DNA of 59,166 bases, taken from assembly GCA_017467085.1 (NCBI GenBank), contig JAFTSW010000044.1, positions 1 to 59,166 of the forward strand, read 5' to 3'. Below the pieces are notes generated by a model. That model was not told where the DNA came from. It was given only the letters and a program-made list of their open reading frames with translations, and did not search any database. This stretch comes from Clostridia bacterium (GTDB taxonomy: Bacteria; Bacillota; Clostridia; Oscillospirales; CAG-272). Positions 56,308 through 59,166 of this stretch are shown here, piece after piece; positions within the stretch are counted from its first letter, which is position 1, and each line of letters begins with the position of its first letter. The position numbers were made by a program, and so were the translations under genes.

Positions 56308-59166
56308 TTACGCTTGCTTGCCGTCCTTGGGCGCATCGGCCTTTTTGGGCAACGGCTTTTTACCCTTGGCGCGGCGAATGCGGCAACGGGTCCAAAGCAC
56401 GGTGATAAAGAGCCAGATTAAATGGTGCAGGCCTAAAATGGCAGAGGGCAGGGCGCTGAGTGGCAATAAGAAGAAGGACAAAACGCCAAGCGCCACGCCG
56501 AAGCAAAGAGATACGCTCTTCAAAAGTCGCGAGAAAGCGATAACGCCGCGGGTACGCAGAGAGAGGAAGAGCAGCTGCAAAAGCTTGCCCGAATCCTCGA
56601 TGGTGACAATGCCACCCGTCAGATGGGGCGCCGCAAAGTCCTTATACTGCTCTACCGTCTTGGTGACGATATGCACCCGACAGTCGGACAGCGCCGAGAT
56701 GCGCTGAAGCAGTCGGTTGGTGATATTGGGGTCATAGGTGCGGATGATGGTTGCCATACCTGCACGGTGCAAACGCATTACGTTATGCTCAAAGGCGGCG
56801 TCCATGGTGTACTGCACGTAGAACTTGGCGCAAAGCTTGTGATTGATGGCGGCAAACATAATGCAAACGCCCTTTTCAATCCAGCGCTCGTCCTCAGCGT
56901 CGTAAAAGAGCTTGACGCCGTTTTTCTGCATATACTCGCCGTCACCCACCAAAACGTGAAACTTGTCCACGGTGGCGCAAAGACCGCCTGCCACCGATTC
57001 CTTTAAGGTGACGTTACCCGTGTGTCCCAGCTCCTTGGTGGACTTGTTGAAGAAGCCGCAGATGGGGCCGCCCACCAGGTGGAAGAGGCTGGACACGCAA
57101 TAGAACACCAGCGCCACGTCCCCGACGTACATTTTCACGTTTTTCACGTCAACCTTACGGGAGGGGATAGCCTCGATGTCCTCAAACTCCACCGCGTCAA
57201 GGCGGGCGCACTCGTTGACCGATTTCTCGCCGAGTATGGTGGAATTTTCACCTGCCACGAACAACGCCCGTGCCATAGGATAAATATGGGTGGCGCACAT
57301 AGAAAAGGGCAGGGCGAAGAACAGCACCGTCAGCATCCAGCCAAGCGCCTCTACGATGCCGTTGCCCATAATGAGGGCGGAAACGAACACCACCAGCGCC
57401 GCGGCGGCGGACACCGTCAAAAGCCAGAAGTTCTGGCGACTGTCCTCACAGATACGGCCCGTGCGAGAGGCAAACTCATCCACGAAGCCCGTTTTTCTGA
57501 CGCGGTAAATATAGGGAATATCCTGGTCCAGACTCTTGCCAAGAGCGTTGGACTCTGCCAAGGCGTCCTTGGGGGAAGCAAGGGAAAAGACCAGCTTGTC
57601 CCCTGCCTTGGAAAGAACGGTAAAGGAGGAATATCTGTTTTCGTACCGCACCGTTTCCCAATAAAGGAACAATACACACGCCAAGGCGGCGGCAAACGCC
57701 ACACGGGGCGCTCCTGTCACGGGAGCGGCGGTGACACCGAGAATAGCAAGCGCCAGGGTGTAGAAAAATGCCAGAAGCGCCGCAACGGACACGATGCCCA
57801 AGGGCAGAACGCGGCGGTAGAAGAAGGCGGCAAAGCCGCTATACAGCTCCTTGGCGCAAAGCCCGACGGTGCCTGCCAGCAAAACGGCAGACAGAATATC
57901 CACGCCGCCGCCCTGTAAAAAGGCGGGAATGGCGGCGCCGAGAACGGCGATATTTTCAAGATACAAAAGCGCAAAGGCAAAGAGAATTGCCACCACCAGG
58001 CGCACCTTGGCGCCCTTGATTTCCTTGGACAGGGTGCGGCGAATGCGCTCCGCCTGGGTACGGGAGGTGTATTCCAGCCGATTGGCACGGCTTCTGCGAC
58101 GGGGCTTTGCCTCCTCGTCGTTGAAGAAGGTACGCTGGGGCTTGGGAGCGGGGGTGGGCTCCGCCTCCTTGGCGGTGGGGGTGGCCGCAGGTCTTTGGGG
58201 CTCCTGCGGCTTTGAAGCGGCAGGCTTTTCTGCCGCAGTGGGCGCCTTTACAGGCGCTTCGGGCGCGACAGGCACCACAGGGGGCTTTACCCCTTCGACA
58301 GAGGCAGGGGCGGAAGGACTTCTTTCGCTCTCGGAAGAGGTAGGCGCCAAAGGCGCTTGCGCCTCTTCTCTCTCCAGGGGAATACCGTAATCGGTATCGT
58401 CCTTCCCCTCGGGAAGGCTTTCGTCAGAGGCCATCTCCTGCTGCTCCTCTGCCTTCTCGGCTGAGGGGCGTCCCTCTCCAATGGGGAAAAGGACGGTATT
58501 CGGGCGCTCCTCGCCCTCATCTCCCAAGTCGCCTGCATCGAAAGCGGGCGCTTCGGGCTCTGCCTCGGCAACGGGCGTTGCCATCTCGTTGGAAGCGGCG
58601 GGAATTTCCTCAGCCTCTGCCTCCTCCGATACGGGAACGGCAGGCGCTTCCTCAGCCTCTGCCTCTTCCGTCACGGGCAAGACAGGGCTTTCCTCGGGCT
58701 CCTCCTCCAAAATGGGGGTAGTGGGCTCGGCTATATCGTCAAAGGAGGACATAGGAATAAAGCTATCGGCGGCGTCCTCCTCCCTTTCCTCTTTTTTGCT
58801 TGCGGGGCTTGGCAAAACGGAGGTAATATCCAAGCGCTCCTGGAAATATTCTCCGTTCTCGGCGGCAGGAAAATCGGGTGGGGCGACTGGGGTATTTTCT
58901 TTCTCCTCGCTCTCACCATCCGCTTCTTCCACCTCGGCGAAGGTGACTTGCTCGCCATCAAAGGGCTGTTCAGTATAGTCCTGCTCTTCGCCCTCCGAGT
59001 CGGTGGCATCGACAGCCTGGGGATTTTCGGTGGCTTCGGGGTCTTGCGCCTCTGCCACAGGAATTTCGGCAACAGGCTCTTCGTCAACGGGCTCTTCGTC
59101 AACGGGCTCCTCCAAAATGGGCTCCTCCGTCCCCTCCTCCGCAAAGTCCTCGTCCACGTTGGGGAA
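56308..59166 (-). CDS. Membrane protein with acidic disordered N-terminus and degenerate P1B-ATPase-like C-terminus (5'-truncated)
   Basis: Frame is open to the window edge. About 350-aa Glu/Pro/Ala-rich region, then several TM segments and P/N-domain-like segments lacking DKTGT. Confidence 0.65.
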   Translation of the reverse strand, partial: FPNVDEDFAEEGTEEPILEEPVDEEPVDEEPVAEIPVAEAQDPEATENPQAVDATDSEGEEQDYTEQPFDGEQVTFAEVEEADGESEEKENTPVAPPDFPAAENGEYFQERLDITSVLPSPASKKEEREEDAADSFIPMSSFDDIAEPTTPILEEEPEESPVLPVTEEAEAEEAPAVPVSEEAEAEEIPAASNEMATPVAEAEPEAPAFDAGDLGDEGEERPNTVLFPIGEGRPSAEKAEEQQEMASDESLPEGKDDTDYGIPLEREEAQAPLAPTSSESERSPSAPASVEGVKPPVVPVAPEAPVKAPTAAEKPAASKPQEPQRPAATPTAKEAEPTPAPKPQRTFFNDEEAKPRRRSRANRLEYTSRTQAERIRRTLSKEIKGAKVRLVVAILFAFALLYLENIAVLGAAIPAFLQGGGVDILSAVLLAGTVGLCAKELYSGFAAFFYRRVLPLGIVSVAALLAFFYTLALAILGVTAAPVTGAPRVAFAAALACVLFLYWETVRYENRYSSFTVLSKAGDKLVFSLASPKDALAESNALGKSLDQDIPYIYRVRKTGFVDEFASRTGRICEDSRQNFWLLTVSAAAALVVFVSALIMGNGIVEALGWMLTVLFFALPFSMCATHIYPMARALFVAGENSTILGEKSVNECARLDAVEFEDIEAIPSRKVDVKNVKMYVGDVALVFYCVSSLFHLVGGPICGFFNKSTKELGHTGNVTLKESVAGGLCATVDKFHVLVGDGEYMQKNGVKLFYDAEDERWIEKGVCIMFAAINHKLCAKFYVQYTMDAAFEHNVMRLHRAGMATIIRTYDPNITNRLLQRISALSDCRVHIVTKTVEQYKDFAAPHLTGGIVTIEDSGKLLQLLFLSLRTRGVIAFSRLLKSVSLCFGVALGVLSFFLLPLSALPSAILGLHHLIWLFITVLWTRCRIRRAKGKKPLPKKADAPKDGKQA

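Noticed and set aside
59071-59113. 15-bp tandem repeat (EEPVD) as a separate DNA element
   Set aside because: It is an in-frame low-complexity coding repeat in a disordered region.

Overview
Bacillota-like (probably Clostridia) chromosomal segment with sigmaA-type promoters and GGAG Shine-Dalgarno (SD) sites. The first 40 kb is a head-to-tail minus-strand array of six paralogous giant secreted proteins of about 2,000-2,100 aa. Copy 1 (<1-6224) is missing from the ORF track because its stop lies just outside the window. Each copy has a signal peptide, three LamG/ConA-like modules, an unknown ~150-aa domain and a GH141-like beta-helix region. The copies are mosaics, with swapped LamG cores and two optional helical inserts. 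Copies 1-5 have their own sigmaA promoter with phased pairs of 17-bp dyads, and copies 4-6 carry a ~100-bp palindromic repeat in the 3' UTR. The array abuts a divergent RhaB-type kinase / L-fucose isomerase (fucI) pair, suggesting a fucose-glycan foraging locus. The remainder holds an O-antigen-ligase-like protein, MFS and DMT transporters, an acyltransferase, HAD and PHP hydrolases, a ribokinase-AraC fusion, the TIGR03960/TIGR03936 radical-SAM pair and a truncated pseudo-P-type-ATPase. No CRISPR, rRNA, tRNA, transposase, recombinase or reverse transcriptase was seen. All family calls come from motif recognition by eye, not database searches.
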